Part shown: one piece after another, positions 35,801-47,944 of the stretch
How positions within the stretch are numbered: position 1 is the first letter of the stretch
How the letters are laid out: every line of letters begins with the position of its first letter
Assembly: GCA_951804945.1 (NCBI GenBank)
Contig: OX638154.1
Location: forward strand, 42,780,001 to 42,844,000
DNA length: 64,000 nt
Source: Podarcis cretensis
Taxonomy: Eukaryota
Direction of reading: 5' to 3'
Translations under genes and position numbers: made by a program
Notes under the pieces: generated by a model
Seen by the model: only the letters and a program-made list of their open reading frames with translations
Databases searched by the model: none
What the model was told of the DNA's origin: nothing

Positions 35801-38800
35801 GTCAGCACGTCAGCATGCTTTGTACATCTGGGAGAAGAGCATTGGGAACTTAGTGAAAATCCTCCATGGCACAAGGGGAGAGCTGTTGCTAGATGTGGCA
35901 GTAAGTACTGCATTGTCTCCTTCTAACAGGATTCACGGCATTGGGCCAGACTGTATTTTAAAAAATGTACCACTTTTCTTCCCTCTTTCTGGTATAATCT
36001 AGTGGCATCCTGTCCGACCTATCATCGCTTCTATTTCCAGTGGTGTAGTATCCATATGGGCTCAAAATCAAGTGGTAAGTAGTACTGATGCATTTTCTTC
36101 CATTTCTACACTTTAATTTCCCTGGATGAGCCTTATTTCATTGGTCATTCTGGTTTTATTTTTTTGCCATTATTTGCATAAGCTTTTACACTGCAGGACC
36201 AACATCTTTCTAAAAATACTCACCAGAGAGAATCAAATAATTTCAAAACTGATAAAAAACTGTTTGTAGCCAGAGGGTTGCAAGAATGATTTTCACTGAG
36301 GAGAGAAGAAAAATGGGAAGAGATGAAAGAGATCCTGATTTCACGTTACGTAAAACAAGTAACTAGCCCTCTTGTTTAGTAGGCCTTGTGACTCTGTATC
36401 TCAAAGAAGGACTGGTCCTATGATGTCGCACATGGTTTGTGGCACTTTGGTGCATAGCTAGGGTGTGATTATATAGCTGCTGTACCAGGGCACGAGCATA
36501 AAATGTTCTTTGGATTTGTGGCTTAGGAAAACTGGAGTGCCTTTGCACCTGATTTTAAGGAACTGGATGAAAATGTAGAATATGAAGAACGAGAGTCTGA
36601 GTTTGACATAGAAGATGAAGATAAGAGCGAGCCAGAGCAGACAGGTAAAGAATGCATTGACTGAAATTGCCCAGTGTAAAAGTATATGGACTGTGTATAG
36701 CTTTGCATCCTTATTGTGTAGCATCAGCCCAGGTTACCCCCTTCCTCTGCCCCCAGAATTGGAGCTGCAAGCAATCTTTACCTCTTGGAGCACATCATGG
36801 TACAAGATTATACTGAGATACAAAAAGCACCTCAGTATTATTCTCTCAAACATCATCCCCTGTGTGTGAATGGAGAGTAAAAAACGCAATAATCAGTGAT
36901 GCCCTTTCTGGGTCTGTTGATATACCGTAATATAAGCAACACTTTCTCCCCAAATTCCGACCATGAAAAGTTTAAATGTGGCTTATATTCACAACCGTAC
37001 AGTATGCAGCCAGGAGCATGGGGCAAACAGCGCCAGGAGTGTGGCAAAACGGCACCTGCCCCATGCATAGTCCCATGTCCTCTCCACCAAAGCCGGAAAG
37101 GGAAAGAGCGATGAAGGGGAAAGGCCACTGGCAACGCAGTAAGGCTCCCCCCCCCCCCCAGTATGCAGCCAGGAGCAGCGAGGAAGGGAGCGGCTTATAT
37201 TCGGGTATTTTTTCTTTTTTTCTTTCCCTCCCCCCCCTCCAATTTTAAAGGTGTGGCTTATATTCGGGTGTGGCTTATATTCAGGCTAATATGGTATTAG
37301 TATTTTTTTGTATTCAAGGTGTGAGATACAAATTTAACAGTTCTTCTGATTTAACACAGTTTGAGCCTTTGAATCTATAGGCCACATATCAAGACCCATT
37401 TCATGGCCCGTCTAGTATAAGCGTTAGCAAACTGTTTCTAGTTTTTGCCGCTACTACTCCTTATTCTGTGCTGTTTTGGGATCCCAGGTTAGTTATTCCA
37501 GTACCCAAACTACCCACTAGGTAACTTTCATTTAGTTTTGTTTCCAGAGAATGCCTTTGCATCTAGGAAGGCTGAGCACCCTAGACTCCCTTTCCAGTGG
37601 TGCTGATGAGTCTTCCATTACTGATGCTTATATTGTCTTCAGTCCTTACTTCCTATACTTGTGGGTTCTTGCAGTCCAAGGTTCTTGTCTTCTGTTCTTC
37701 CCTAGTTATCTGTTGCGTTTTTCAGCCAATCAAGAATTCTTGTTCCGATTCTTTACTTACATACTTCTAGTAGCCATCTGTTTGATGTCTTCAGAGAGTT
37801 GTTATCCTACTGATCAAGGTTCTGTGGGCATTTAAAACTACCGCTGGTGCTTAATGGCTTGTTCACTGACAGCTGATTTAGCTGCAATCTGTTTAACACA
37901 AACTGCAGTCCTGCAGAATTTAAGCAGGTACTTCCTAGTATTTGGGAAAAGGGGACATGATTACTGAAGTCGGTGCAAAGGCTCACATTCCACTTAATTT
38001 TCACCTTTGCAAGATTTATGTTTTAACAATGTACCTAGGCAAACAAGCTTCAGTTATGAAATGTCATAGCTGTTGCTAGGGAAACAAGGTTGAATGTAAG
38101 GCAATAAAAGCACAGATTTGTGGTGGTGCCAAACAAGGTAAGTATACAGCAGGATTTTTTTAAAGAAGTCTGGAGAAGAAAAGAGGCTCACTTCCCATTG
38201 CCATATTTTTCCATTGCCAATTATTTTGTAAGAAGTTAGGCATCAGAACAGCATGAGTTTAATTTTGTGACATAGGGCTTATTTAGGCATTAGATGAAGC
38301 TTGGCAATGAGACCTCTCTGTTGCTGCCAACTTGTGATTTAGAATTTCTTTGGTTATCAGGTGCTGATGCTGCGGAGGATGAGGAAGTGGACGTCACCAG
38401 TGTAGATCCCATTGCTGCTTTTTGTAGCAGGTGAATGTGGCAGCGGCGAGGGTGTTGAAAGACTGCACACAATAAATATTTGCTGATCACTAAAAAGATA
38501 GTTCACTAGGACTATCAACTAATTAAAGAAATCTTAGTTACCGTATTTTTCGCCCTATAGGATGCACTTTTTCCCCTCCAAAAATGAAGGGGAAATCTGT
38601 ATGTGTCCTATGGGGCGAATGCAGGCTTTCGCTGAAGCTTGGAGAGCGAGAGGGGTCGGTGCGCTGAAGAGTTGCTTAGAAGTGCTCCCGGTTCTTCCTT
38701 TACAACTCAGCTTGAATTCAAACCAGGCTGCAAAGGAAGAACGGGGAGGACATTTCAGATTCTACCTTTGGAGTTGAATCACCTGGCCTCCATATGATTT

Positions 38801-41800
38801 ACAGGTGAGCAGCCCCACCCACCAGTCAAAATGACCTGTAGGAGAAGTTCTGCATCTAGTGTGGCCAAAGGCCAGGGATAATGGGGGTCATAGTTAGCAA
38901 AATCTGAAGGGCCATGGGTTAGCCATTCCTGCTGTAGAGTGTGTCTGAATGGCTAATTTTGGAGGTCACTATAGCTCTTGTTCTGGATAAGAACACAAGA
39001 ACAAAATTGTGTTTGTGTGTGTTTTTTCAATCCTGTAGCATGGGTTTTGTGTGTTTAATGGGAAAAAATACAATTTCCTTGGCAGCGATGAAGAATTGGA
39101 AGACTCCAAAGCTTTGTTATACTTGCCTATTGCTCCTGAAGTGGAAGACCCAGAGGAAAACCCTTATGGTCCTCCACCAGATGCAGTGCAGACCGCCTTA
39201 CCTGATGAAGGAATAGGCTCTGAGAAGAAGAGGCAGTCTTTGTCTGATGGACCTCAGCCACCAAAGAAGAAACCTAAAACAACCAACATAGAACTGCAGG
39301 GAGTACCCAATGATGGTGAGGGAGAGTTGCTATCATTGCTGCTGTCCAATATCTTCGCAACTTCAGATTATATTAGAACTTAGCAAAAATGGCTGTGAGT
39401 GGTAAATAAGTCCTTTCTCAGCTTGTGCCATTACAATTGACAGGACAATTAAACTGCTAGATAAGCTAGGGTTGCCATATTTCATAAGTGAAGTGGACAC
39501 AAAAGTTGTTGAGTTTTTTTAGAGTTTTGCCCTAAGTTGTTGAGCTTTGCAAAATCTTGAAAAAGAATGAAGTTGTTGAACTATTTTTAAGGGAATTCAG
39601 CAAAATCTAGACTTCCAACATGGGTTTGCCATGCGTCCAGATCTTCCTGGACATTTCCGCAATTTCCACCTGGACACTGCTTCCAACAGCCACTATATCC
39701 AGGAAAATCGAGGCGTATGGCAATCCTAATTTAAGCAAGTAAGATCCCTATGTTTCTTGTCCTCTTATATCTCATTATCTTACTTACTTGGGGCTAACAG
39801 TACTAAATCTTTCCTCACGTGCTTAGATTTTTTTGTCGGGCTACACTCCTCAGTGGGGAGGCATTCCTCCTATCTGTGACCACTGAATGGAAATTATGGT
39901 CAATTAGCTCAAGTACTTGTTTAGTAACCTGTGGTGTTATACATTTCCTCTAAAGCACCTGGACCAGGTGCTGTCTTGACCTGAGTAGACCAGTTTATTC
40001 TTCGGTTCTATACAACAAACTGCTGGCAAACTCAACTTAATTCTAACTTCTGGCTCATCCTACTGTCCTAAAATGATCCAGAACCTGACAGTAAGAGCTG
40101 TTCGACAGTGGAATTTGCTGCCAAGGAGTGTGGTGGAGTCTCCTTCTTTGGAGGTCTTTAAGCAGAGGCTTGACAACCATATGTCAGGAGTGCTCTGGTG
40201 GTGTTTCCTGCTTGACAGGGGGTTGGACTCGATGGCCCTTGTGGTCTCTTCCAATTCTATGATTCTATGATTCTAAGAACCGCTGCTCTCCCTTTCTTAT
40301 TTCTAAAAAAAGAGAAAAATGCCATAAGTCCCCTTTCTTGTGGTATGGCATGAGCCTTCAGAGATCTGCAGAGTACACAGGGCAAGTAAATGCACTGTAA
40401 ACTGAAAAGATGTACTTCCTGTTCCAAACCTGCCTCTTCCTTCGCAGAAGTCCATCCGCTTCTGGGTGTGAAAGGAGATGGTAAATCCAAGAAGAAGCAA
40501 GCAGGCAGGCCTAAAGGATCAAAAGGTAAAGAGAAAGATTCTCCATTTAAACCGAAACTCTACAAAGGGGACAGAGGTTCTTTACCTCTGGAAGGAGCAG
40601 CGAAGGGTAAAGTGCAGGCGGAGCTGGGACAGCCTTTGCCAGGTAAGGACCCAGCGTGAGCGTCTGCTTGCTTGGTGACCTTGCTTCGTACAGACATGGC
40701 ATAGCCTTAGCACTTTAGCTCCCCAAACGGCATTTGCTTGCTAAGTGTTTTAGCTGCTCTGCTTTCAAGGACAGACAAAATTTTGCTTCTTGGAACAGGA
40801 TGGTTGCCCTTGTTGCCGCAAATAACAATAGGCACCCACAACTTGTAGGCACGGCAAGTAAATAATGCGAAGGCTGAGAAAATTAAGACGTGTCATACAG
40901 AAATGGCATCAAGCCATTAATTTGCGGGTTCTCCTCCTTGGAGTGCGCATCATTGGCGCCACACAACCCAAATTTGCTAGTCGTGAAGGCTGTTTTGGAG
41001 TCCAAAGCAGAGATAAAAAATGATGGGGAGCATGCAGAGCTAAAATATTGTTGCATGACACTCTTGTGAAATATCTGATGCTGCAAAAAAAGAAAAGATT
41101 AAAGGGGAAAAGGGAATAGCTACCCCACAGTAGCATTTCTGGTGACTGTGGTTGAGTTTCATTGCCTGTGAAAATTTAGTGATGTGTCCATATTATGGAT
41201 CCATGCTCTGGACAGTTGCTTGCTCGTTGGAAGGTTGCTGCCAAGAGTTTTAAAACTGGCTCTATGTATTTTATCTAAGCAAGTTCAATAATACTGGCAG
41301 TAAGTTGAATGCGAGAGTTCTGCATACCATTACTTCAGTGCTATGCAGGTGGTCAATGCCCATATTTTACTCCTCTAATTGTGTGTAAATTTGGGAAAGC
41401 TGCTTTCTGCCCAGTTTGACAAAGTTCAAGGAGGCAGGAGAAAGTGGGTTTTGCAAGGAACAGGAAGTGACTTTTGATCATATTTTATATAAAAATTGTT
41501 ACACGTAATAGGGATTCAGATGTGATATGTATGTGCAAAATTTTGTATGTCCTTGAAGTTCAGCAGCTATTGCTGTGATTTTTTTTTTTTTATAATCTCC
41601 AGAACAGCTATTTTTTAACCATTTCTTTCCCTCACTGCTGGTCCTGTGTTACCCAGCTTGCTCATTGTCCTTCCTGCTCTGCTCCTGTTAAGTTGCTTTT
41701 GTAGTATTAATAAATTCATTGAGTTATTGCTTACAAGTGATGCAATGAACGAAATGTGGCAGCTTTCCAAAGCAGAAATCTGTTTGCTTTGTTGTTTTCC

Positions 41801-44262
41801 TGCTAACTTATGTTTGTTCTGTAGCTTCTCAACAAAACTGTTTTAGTAAGTACTCAGTGGGACAACTTCTTGTAAGACATCCCCCCCCCCGCCGCCGCCA
41901 AAAGGTACCCTTGAAGTTTTGCAGAAATGAGATTGAGATCAAATGGCACCATGCTACACATTTTCTGAAATCTTAAACTATAGTAGGTATATGCAGGAGA
42001 GCCACCATGTTAAAAAGTATGGGTGGTATCTGACTAAATCATACTTGAAACAGGCCCATCAAAATGAATGGGCAAGTTAACATTTGCCAGCTTAAGTCCA
42101 TAGATTTCCATGAGTCTTCTCTGAAGAAGTCAGATACCATCCATTCATTGTTCATGTTTTTGACAATGCAAACATATTACTTGGACAGAGCAGAGTTAGC
42201 GGCCAAATCCTTAAAAAAAAAAACCAAACACAATTTTCTAGATATGTTTAGAAGTTTGCAACTATGAAGTCTTTGTGACTTTATTTGGGGAGTGTTACAG
42301 AACCATGCAAGCTGATGCAGGAATAGATGCTTGCCTATGAGAGGAGGCAAGAAACCAAGTTAACGGGATGCCTGGTCCAGAAGAACAGTATTTCATCCTT
42401 CCTCCTGGTGTGGGCTTACAGTCAAATTGGTGCTTTGGGCTATCCTCTGTTAGACTCAGATGCAACTCCTGCATTCAGAAATGTTGACACACTCAAGGCG
42501 TGAACTGTAGAGTAGGTGCTCTGCTTTTCACAGTCAAGCTCTGGCCTGTTTTTTGTTGTTAATTAAAAATGCTTAGGAAAATGCTTGTCTTGTCTTCAAC
42601 AACCTTCTGGGGGAAAATAGGAAGCTACCTTACAGTGCATCAAACCCTTAGTCCTAGCTCAGCATTGTACTTCCTGACTGGCAGTGGCTGTCCAGGATAT
42701 TAAGCAGAAGTCCTTTGCAGCCCAACCATGGATTAAACCCGTGGCTTTTTGCAAGGAAAGCTTGTGATCTACCACTGAGTGGTGGTTTTTCACCTATGCA
42801 ACATGCTTTTCCTTAAGTATAATATTTTGAAGCAGGGGTAGCAAACTGGCATCCCACAGGCCTCTGAAATATCTCTCTCTGACTTCCAATAAGCTGTACC
42901 AGATTTGAATGAAGGTATGTTTTTCTTTTAAAAAAAGGTTGAAGAAAATACTATTTTAAAAACTGTAAGGGAGAAAGAGATCCCTTATTTTAATACTACA
43001 TGATCCAAACATAGTCCTTACTGCTAGGTGGCTGCTTTATTATAGAGTCGTGGCATCCCTACATGGGGTTGAGTTTTGTGGCAAAAATATGCTTCCTCCT
43101 TTGGACCATTGCTGGGAGAGTGGCTGTCAAGAGGTCATTTGTTTCATTTGCTGGTGTTCAGTCAAGACAGTCAGACATAAAAATCTTGATACAGAATGCC
43201 TCATCCGCTGACACCCACCTTATTATTAAGTAAAATGTGCCAGAAAAAGTTCCTTATGGAACTTTCCTGCTTTAGGATTTAAAAGGGTTTATTTAAGTTC
43301 ATTCTGTTGGTTTGTGTGGGAAGCCTTGCAGTCCAAGCCACTAAGCATTTCAGGCATTAGTGTTTGAGGTTCCATTTTGAATTCCAGGCTCCATCTTGGA
43401 GTAGACACAAAATGCCTCCTCGTGGCTCATCCCAAACCTAATGATTTTAATCACTCAGAAGTGCCATCTACTCCCAGGAGGGATTGAGCTATTAGGCATC
43501 TCCCTGACTTACTGCTCTATTCCTATTGAGGTTCAAAGCCTTCTTAAACTCAGGTGCCATGCAGCATATTTATATACAACTATCTTGATTCAGGAAAAGA
43601 TATAACTGTAAACATGGCTTTATCATTGGTATGTACTTGTAAGTAGCCATATCAAGACTCCATTGTTCAAAAGCACATTTCAACTTGTGCTTTTTAGTCT
43701 CTGGAAAATTTGAGCTCAGAAAAGGACTGAACACTGTGCTGCTTCCTTGCCTTGCACAGAGCACAGATAATAAATTGATACCGAACTGTAATCATCGCAC
43801 AGCTCCTGCCTCAAGTGCCTGCCTGCTGTACACATCCTCAATAATCCCTTCCCTTTTCCCAGGCAGAGTTCACAGACAGCAAGTGTGCTTACTAGCTACA
43901 ACACAAGTCTGTACAACTTCCTTATTCCCTATACTTAAACCAGGTAAACTTGCAGAAATCCCAGTGGCAGGGAATTACTGAGTTTCTCAAAGATCTTACC
44001 CAGTTCTGACATCCCTTTTTTAAAAACCTTTTTAAAGACTTCTAATCAAAAGCAGAGAAATGAAGCATCATAACATGTTGGACAAAAGCTTCCCCTTTAA
44101 CCTGTCTGCATCATTTGGGAGTGGTCTTGTACAATCCAGCTTCTGGTGCTGCAGGTATCTGTGAGAGTCCTTTTAAAAATGTTGTTTTTTAATATTCAAA
44201 AATATTTGATTTTTGGTTTGGTGTTTCTTTTAGCAGGTGGTGGTATTTCAGAGCTATTATGA
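26516..44262 (+). CDS. RBBP5: Retinoblastoma-binding protein 5 (WRAD/COMPASS core subunit), complete 14-exon model, 539 aa
   Basis: join(26516..26534,29005..29030,29379..29551,31143..31283,32338..32500,33643..33752,34193..34312,35747..35900,36003..36074,36527..36644,38361..38430,39086..39315,40448..40642,44234..44262) = 1620 nt in frame. Starts [22 protein letters not shown]; WD40 propeller, EEVDVT WDR5-binding motif; ends ISELL*. Confidence 0.97.
26911..26946 (+). repeat. (CCT)n microsatellite in RBBP5 intron 1
   Basis: Direct reading. Confidence 0.9.
29005..29030 (+). CDS. RBBP5: RBBP5 exon 2, 26-nt micro-exon (ESFGQNYPE)
   Basis: TTTCAG|AATCATTTGGACAGAACTATCCAGAG|GTAAAT. Confidence 0.94.
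29379..29551 (+). CDS. RBBP5: RBBP5 exon 3 ([10 protein letters not shown]...HPVCSL)
   Basis: AG 29377-29378, GT 29552. Confidence 0.96.
30494..30966. mobile_element. Tc2-like MITE in RBBP5 intron 3
   Basis: TIRs CCGCATTTTTCGCTCCATAAGAC / CTTATGGAGCAAAAAAAACGG; internal hairpin at about 30715-30762. Confidence 0.8.
31143..31283 (+). CDS. RBBP5: RBBP5 exon 4 ([15 protein letters not shown]...YHPRD)
   Basis: AG 31141-31142, GT 31284. Confidence 0.96.
32338..32500 (+). CDS. RBBP5: RBBP5 exon 5 ([12 protein letters not shown]...GNAKGK)
   Basis: AG 32336-32337, GT 32501. Confidence 0.96.
32605..32767. other. Assembly gap (163 N) in RBBP5 intron 5
   Basis: Run of N; no exon is needed here because the flanking exons join in frame. 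Confidence 0.99.
33643..33752 (+). CDS. RBBP5: RBBP5 exon 6 ([15 protein letters not shown]...EFARKG)
   Basis: AG 33641-33642, GT 33753. Confidence 0.96.
34193..34312 (+). CDS. RBBP5: RBBP5 exon 7 ([15 protein letters not shown]...LQDLVN)
   Basis: AG 34191-34192, GT 34313. Confidence 0.96.
35747..35900 (+). CDS. RBBP5: RBBP5 exon 8 ([13 protein letters not shown]...LLLDVA)
   Basis: AG 35745-35746, GT 35901. Confidence 0.96.
36003..36074 (+). CDS. RBBP5: RBBP5 exon 9 ([24 protein letters not shown])
   Basis: AG 36001-36002, GT 36075. Confidence 0.96.
36527..36644 (+). CDS. RBBP5: RBBP5 exon 10 ([30 protein letters not shown]...), activation segment and ASH2L-binding region
   Basis: AG 36525-36526, GT 36645. 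Confidence 0.96.
36925..37294. mobile_element. Tc2-like MITE in RBBP5 intron 10
   Basis: TA|CCGTA start, repeated GGCTTATATTC subterminal motifs, ends TAATATGG|TA. Confidence 0.7.
38361..38430 (+). CDS. RBBP5: RBBP5 exon 11 ([22 protein letters not shown]), WDR5-binding motif
   Basis: AG 38359-38360, GT 38431. Confidence 0.96.
38541..38690 (+). mobile_element. Truncated Tc2-like MITE (left end only)
   Basis: First ~85 bp nearly identical to 8930-9010. Confidence 0.75.
39086..39315 (+). CDS. RBBP5: RBBP5 exon 12 ([14 protein letters not shown]...LQGVPND)
   Basis: AG 39084-39085, GT 39316. Confidence 0.96.
39467..39728. mobile_element. hAT (Blackjack/Tip100-like) MITE
   Basis: TIRs TAGGGTTGCCATA / TATGGCAATCCTA, degenerate 8-bp TSD AGATAAGC / ATTTAAGC. 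Confidence 0.7.
40086..40275 (+). mobile_element. 5'-truncated CR1 LINE 3' end
   Basis: Encodes the CR1 ORF2 C-terminus ([22 protein letters not shown]), (ATTCTATG)n tail, AGAACC on both flanks. Confidence 0.9.
40448..40642 (+). CDS. RBBP5: RBBP5 exon 13 ([23 protein letters not shown]...LGQPLP)
   Basis: AG 40446-40447, GT 40643; basic tail with an AT-hook-like GRP. Confidence 0.95.
42615..42792 (-). mobile_element. tRNA-derived squamate SINE, degraded
   Basis: Reverse-complement similarity to 61581-61768. Confidence 0.6.
44234..44262 (+). CDS. RBBP5: RBBP5 exon 14 coding part (AGGGISELL*)
   Basis: TTTTAG CAG tandem acceptor; TGA 44260-44262. Confidence 0.9.
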
Positions 44263-45757
44263 AGACTTCCCAACCTTCCTCACCTTTCCTTATTCAGTCA
44301 GATAATGGACTGACTTTAAGCTACTATGGTCAGGACAAGTGACCTGGCTACCTATGGATACAGGGGACATTAAAAAAAGAAGAAAATGCAAATTATGGAA
44401 GAGGAAAATGCTTTCCCCCAATCCTCTCTTCCTGCTAACAGTGAACAAACTGTTGACTCTCAGGAAAGAAGATTTGTAGAGAACCTGATGGAAAGGAACT
44501 GCTTTTTGCTGGTTAGTCTGCATTTGCTCCCCAAAGTACAATGAAGTCTGTCACAGGACGGGAAGACCTGCTTGCCCCCAAGTTTAAGGTCTTTTAGTTT
44601 CTGTTGCATCATTCAGCTCTCAAGAGGATGATTGTCGTGTCTCCATGAAGACCCATCATGCTGCTGTGGATCCCAGCACATTCCTATTTCAGTGTTGCTA
44701 GTTTAAGCAAACTACTCTTTGCACCATTATTTCCTCTGCGTTATTCACACTGGTTTGCATTGACTTGGTAGACATGCTTTTTAAGTACCCTTTATACAGC
44801 AAGACAACTTCCCTTACAAGTTGCCTGCTTTTGCAGGTTTGGAACAGACATTTGGAATCCAAATGACTCCAAAGAGGTTTATAACTGATTGGATACTGAT
44901 TGCAAGAACCAGGGAGGGCAGAGTGGACGTATGTCTAGAGAGAAAGAAGAGGGTTGGGATGATGTTGGGCCAAAATATGAGTGGCACACGTCTCGGCATG
45001 TTTCCATGCTGGACTTCTACAGCTCAAGAGACGCTCGTTTTCCCTCCACTTGAGGATGTGCCAGGCAAATGCGTATCTCCCTGGGAATGTTTAGATGAAT
45101 CTGCACACAAGACATGGGAATATACTGCTTAAGTCATTTATGTTTCTGCTTTGTGTGCTATCCTAAGCCATCCAGAGATTTCCGTTTTTGGCTGGGCCTG
45201 CATTAGAAAAGGTTGCATCCTTCATTTTCATTTCTTGCCATTGCAGTTGTTTATCCAAAGTCTTATCAGTCTCCTAAATCAGGTGATTTATTTCCCCCCG
45301 CCTCCCCAATCTCCAGAATATACATGAGCATCTTGCAGGAGGTTCAATTGGCCCATGGGATGCATTGGGAAATGCAGAGATAAAACTTGCAAACTAACTT
45401 CAAAAATATTGATTTGAAGTCCCATATATTGTACTGTATGATATAATTTATGCCATTCCCAACCACCAGGTGTTCTGTGCAGCTTTCTGCTGTATAATCC
45501 TACTACTTTCAACCTGCCAGTCCATCCAAAGAGGGGAAGGCTGCTTGGGTAGCAATCACTGCTCTGCATAATATGGTGTCCTGGACTCCAACCAGCTTTT
45601 GCAGGTTTCTCTTCTTCAGTGTCCATCGCTTAGTTTTCTTTCAGGCTTGCTTTAATTATTTTGATATTCCTGTAGCTTGTACAAAACCTGCCAGATAGTG
45701 TGATTGGTTGCTAGTTATTCATAAAGTACTGCTGTGATGGTAGCATTTGTGTTTGTA

Positions 45758-45781
45758 AATAAAGAAGTATGTTTTATTAAA
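45758..45781 (+). terminator. Probable RBBP5 polyadenylation signals
   Basis: AATAAA 45758-45763 and ATTAAA 45776-45781, with upstream UGUA and a downstream U-rich tract. Confidence 0.6.
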
Positions 45782-47612
45782 CCACATGAATCATGTTTTT
45801 CCCTTCTCTCTCCACTCCACCCCACCCCACCCATTTTTGTGTGTGGAGAGCAGGTCTTTTAGGAACTTCCATGACCCAGATTTTATTTCAGCTAGTAATA
45901 AATTTATCACCTGCCCTTCACCAGCAGCTGCCAGTATTAATTCAGAATGAGAAACAGTTAAAACATGTCACAAGAATAATAAAAATAAATAAATACACAC
46001 ACTATTTATACGTCCTGCAGAGGATTATGATGTTGATGTGTATATATATATATTTATCTGCCCTTAGAACCCTAGGGACAAACCAGCTAGCTTCCTGGTT
46101 CAGTATGGTCTTCTTAATATCACCTTTACAATACGCTATGCTAGTATGAATGTAATGGTTTGCTGGCATGATGCTACAGTTGGAACAGCTGGTTTGTGAC
46201 ATCACAATTTGATAACTCCACCGGCATCGCAGAGGCATTAATGACTGAATGAACACTGAAGAAAAGAGCAGGGTTCAGATCCTTCTCTCTTAATGGCTAG
46301 TTTGGAAAAATGGTAAACTGCTTGACTGATGCAGTCCTGATGTTCCTCATCTACAGTGCTGCAAATTTAAAACTACCTGCAAATTCCAAACTAATCTTTG
46401 TAATTTCTTGTAGTTTGGTAGTATTTTCAGTTTGAATCCACAATGCACAAGTCACTGTTGCGTAAGTATCGCTTCTTGTTTTGCCTGCTTTCCGTGGTAC
46501 CAGATTTACGAGCGGGTGGGTAGAACAAGATTATTGGAAGAAGTTGGGGTTAGTTGGTTCTGGCATCATACATCTACAATAGTTGAGTCCCCGCCCCCCA
46601 CATTTATTCAGGTGCCCTCTTCCCCTCCAGGCAGGTCTGCTATAGCGATCTGTGCAGTTGAAGAGCATTTCTTTCCATACTGGCCTCAGCTGGCAGGACT
46701 AGAGAGTGATTCACAAGCTAGAGCAGTGTGCTAAATGAACGAACGAAGAGTTTTATTCAGTGTATAGCAGCGTCATACTTTCCTATGGTTTGTGATGTTC
46801 AGAAAACTATAGTACATTTCAGACTGGAGACCTCAAATCAAAATTCCAGGGCAGGCCTCTTGTCGGAGTTCACTTCTGCTGAAAGTTTGTTTAGGAATTA
46901 CAATAATTGTGCTCCTACTACTCTTCCTGAAGTACCTTTTACACACATCTATTGACACAGGTCATAAAATCTATATTGGTGAAGTAGTAACATCGTAACT
47001 GGTCCCTGGTTTTGTCTGTCTTTAAAGCTGGTATGTTAAAATGGAAAACACTGCTGTCATGGCAAGTCTGATGCATATTTTTTTACATTGCCAGAAAACC
47101 CAAGTTTAGCTCTGATGGTCTAATTATGTATTAAGGCAGTAAAGAGATACCAGTTGGGGGATCCAGGAAGTTTTTTTTGTTTACTGTTGTGCTGCTTCTG
47201 TCTTTTTCTATCATTTTTCAGAGAAGCACCTGATCTTGAGTGACTCAGTATTGGTTTTGGACTGTGGTGAAAGTACCATAAAGCTGTGAGGTTGCAATCC
47301 AATGCATATATTAGCAGATGTGAAGTCGCTGTGGCTCTCCAGATGTTTCTGGACTCCAATTCCTGTAAGCCCAGCCGGTAAAACGAAAGATTGGTGATGA
47401 CAGGAATTATAGTCCAATAACAGCTTGGAGGGCTACAGCTGTCCCAGCTCTGGGCTCTAGGATTGCAGCCATAATTAATTTACTAAGTTCTGCTGATTTG
47501 TTGATTATGCTAAGCTTTTTTTTATGTGATATGATTGTGCTAGGGAGGCTGTGTCTGCCTGAACATGCCACCCAGAGAATGACTTAACAAAGCATTGCAT
47601 AGCACTGTGCTA

Positions 47613-47702
47613 CATAGCTGTTAATGTTTTCCCTTTTTTAAGGGAAATTCCCTTATTCCGAATAGGATTCCTCGCAAGAAAAGGTAAAAGTTGACAGCTA
47701 TG
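47613..47702. mobile_element. hAT MITE, second copy of the 25817 element
   Basis: Near-identical body; degenerate TSD CTGTGCTA / CTGTGTTT. Confidence 0.85.
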
Positions 47703-47944
47703 CTGTGTTTCTAATTGCACCTTCCTGCTTAACTTTGCTCACCTTTTGAATAAGTTTCTTTCCCTTGGCAGGATGCCACCTGGCTGTTTTTTGTATTCCG
47801 AGAATGTCTTACGGCTGGGGAGCGGGTTCAGGAAAAGGCATCTGTTTCACACCACAGAAACATTTATGATATTTTAACAAAGGATGATATTCAGGAGGTC
47901 ATATAACGAGGCCGCCCAATGGATTGTAAAAGGACTCTCCAAGT

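Noticed and set aside
37551-37835. 94-aa hydrophobic ORF in RBBP5 intron 10
   Set aside because: T-rich composition explains the hydrophobicity; no recognisable homology or clear splice pair.
41020-41077. Possible C/D-box snoRNA (ATGATGG...CTGA)
   Set aside because: Imperfect C box, no convincing terminal stem, and no recognisable rRNA guide.
47772-47944. RBBP5-TMEM81 fusion protein by splicing exon 13 to the 47771 acceptor
   Set aside because: The phase would match TMEM81, but there is an in-frame TGA at 47867-47869.
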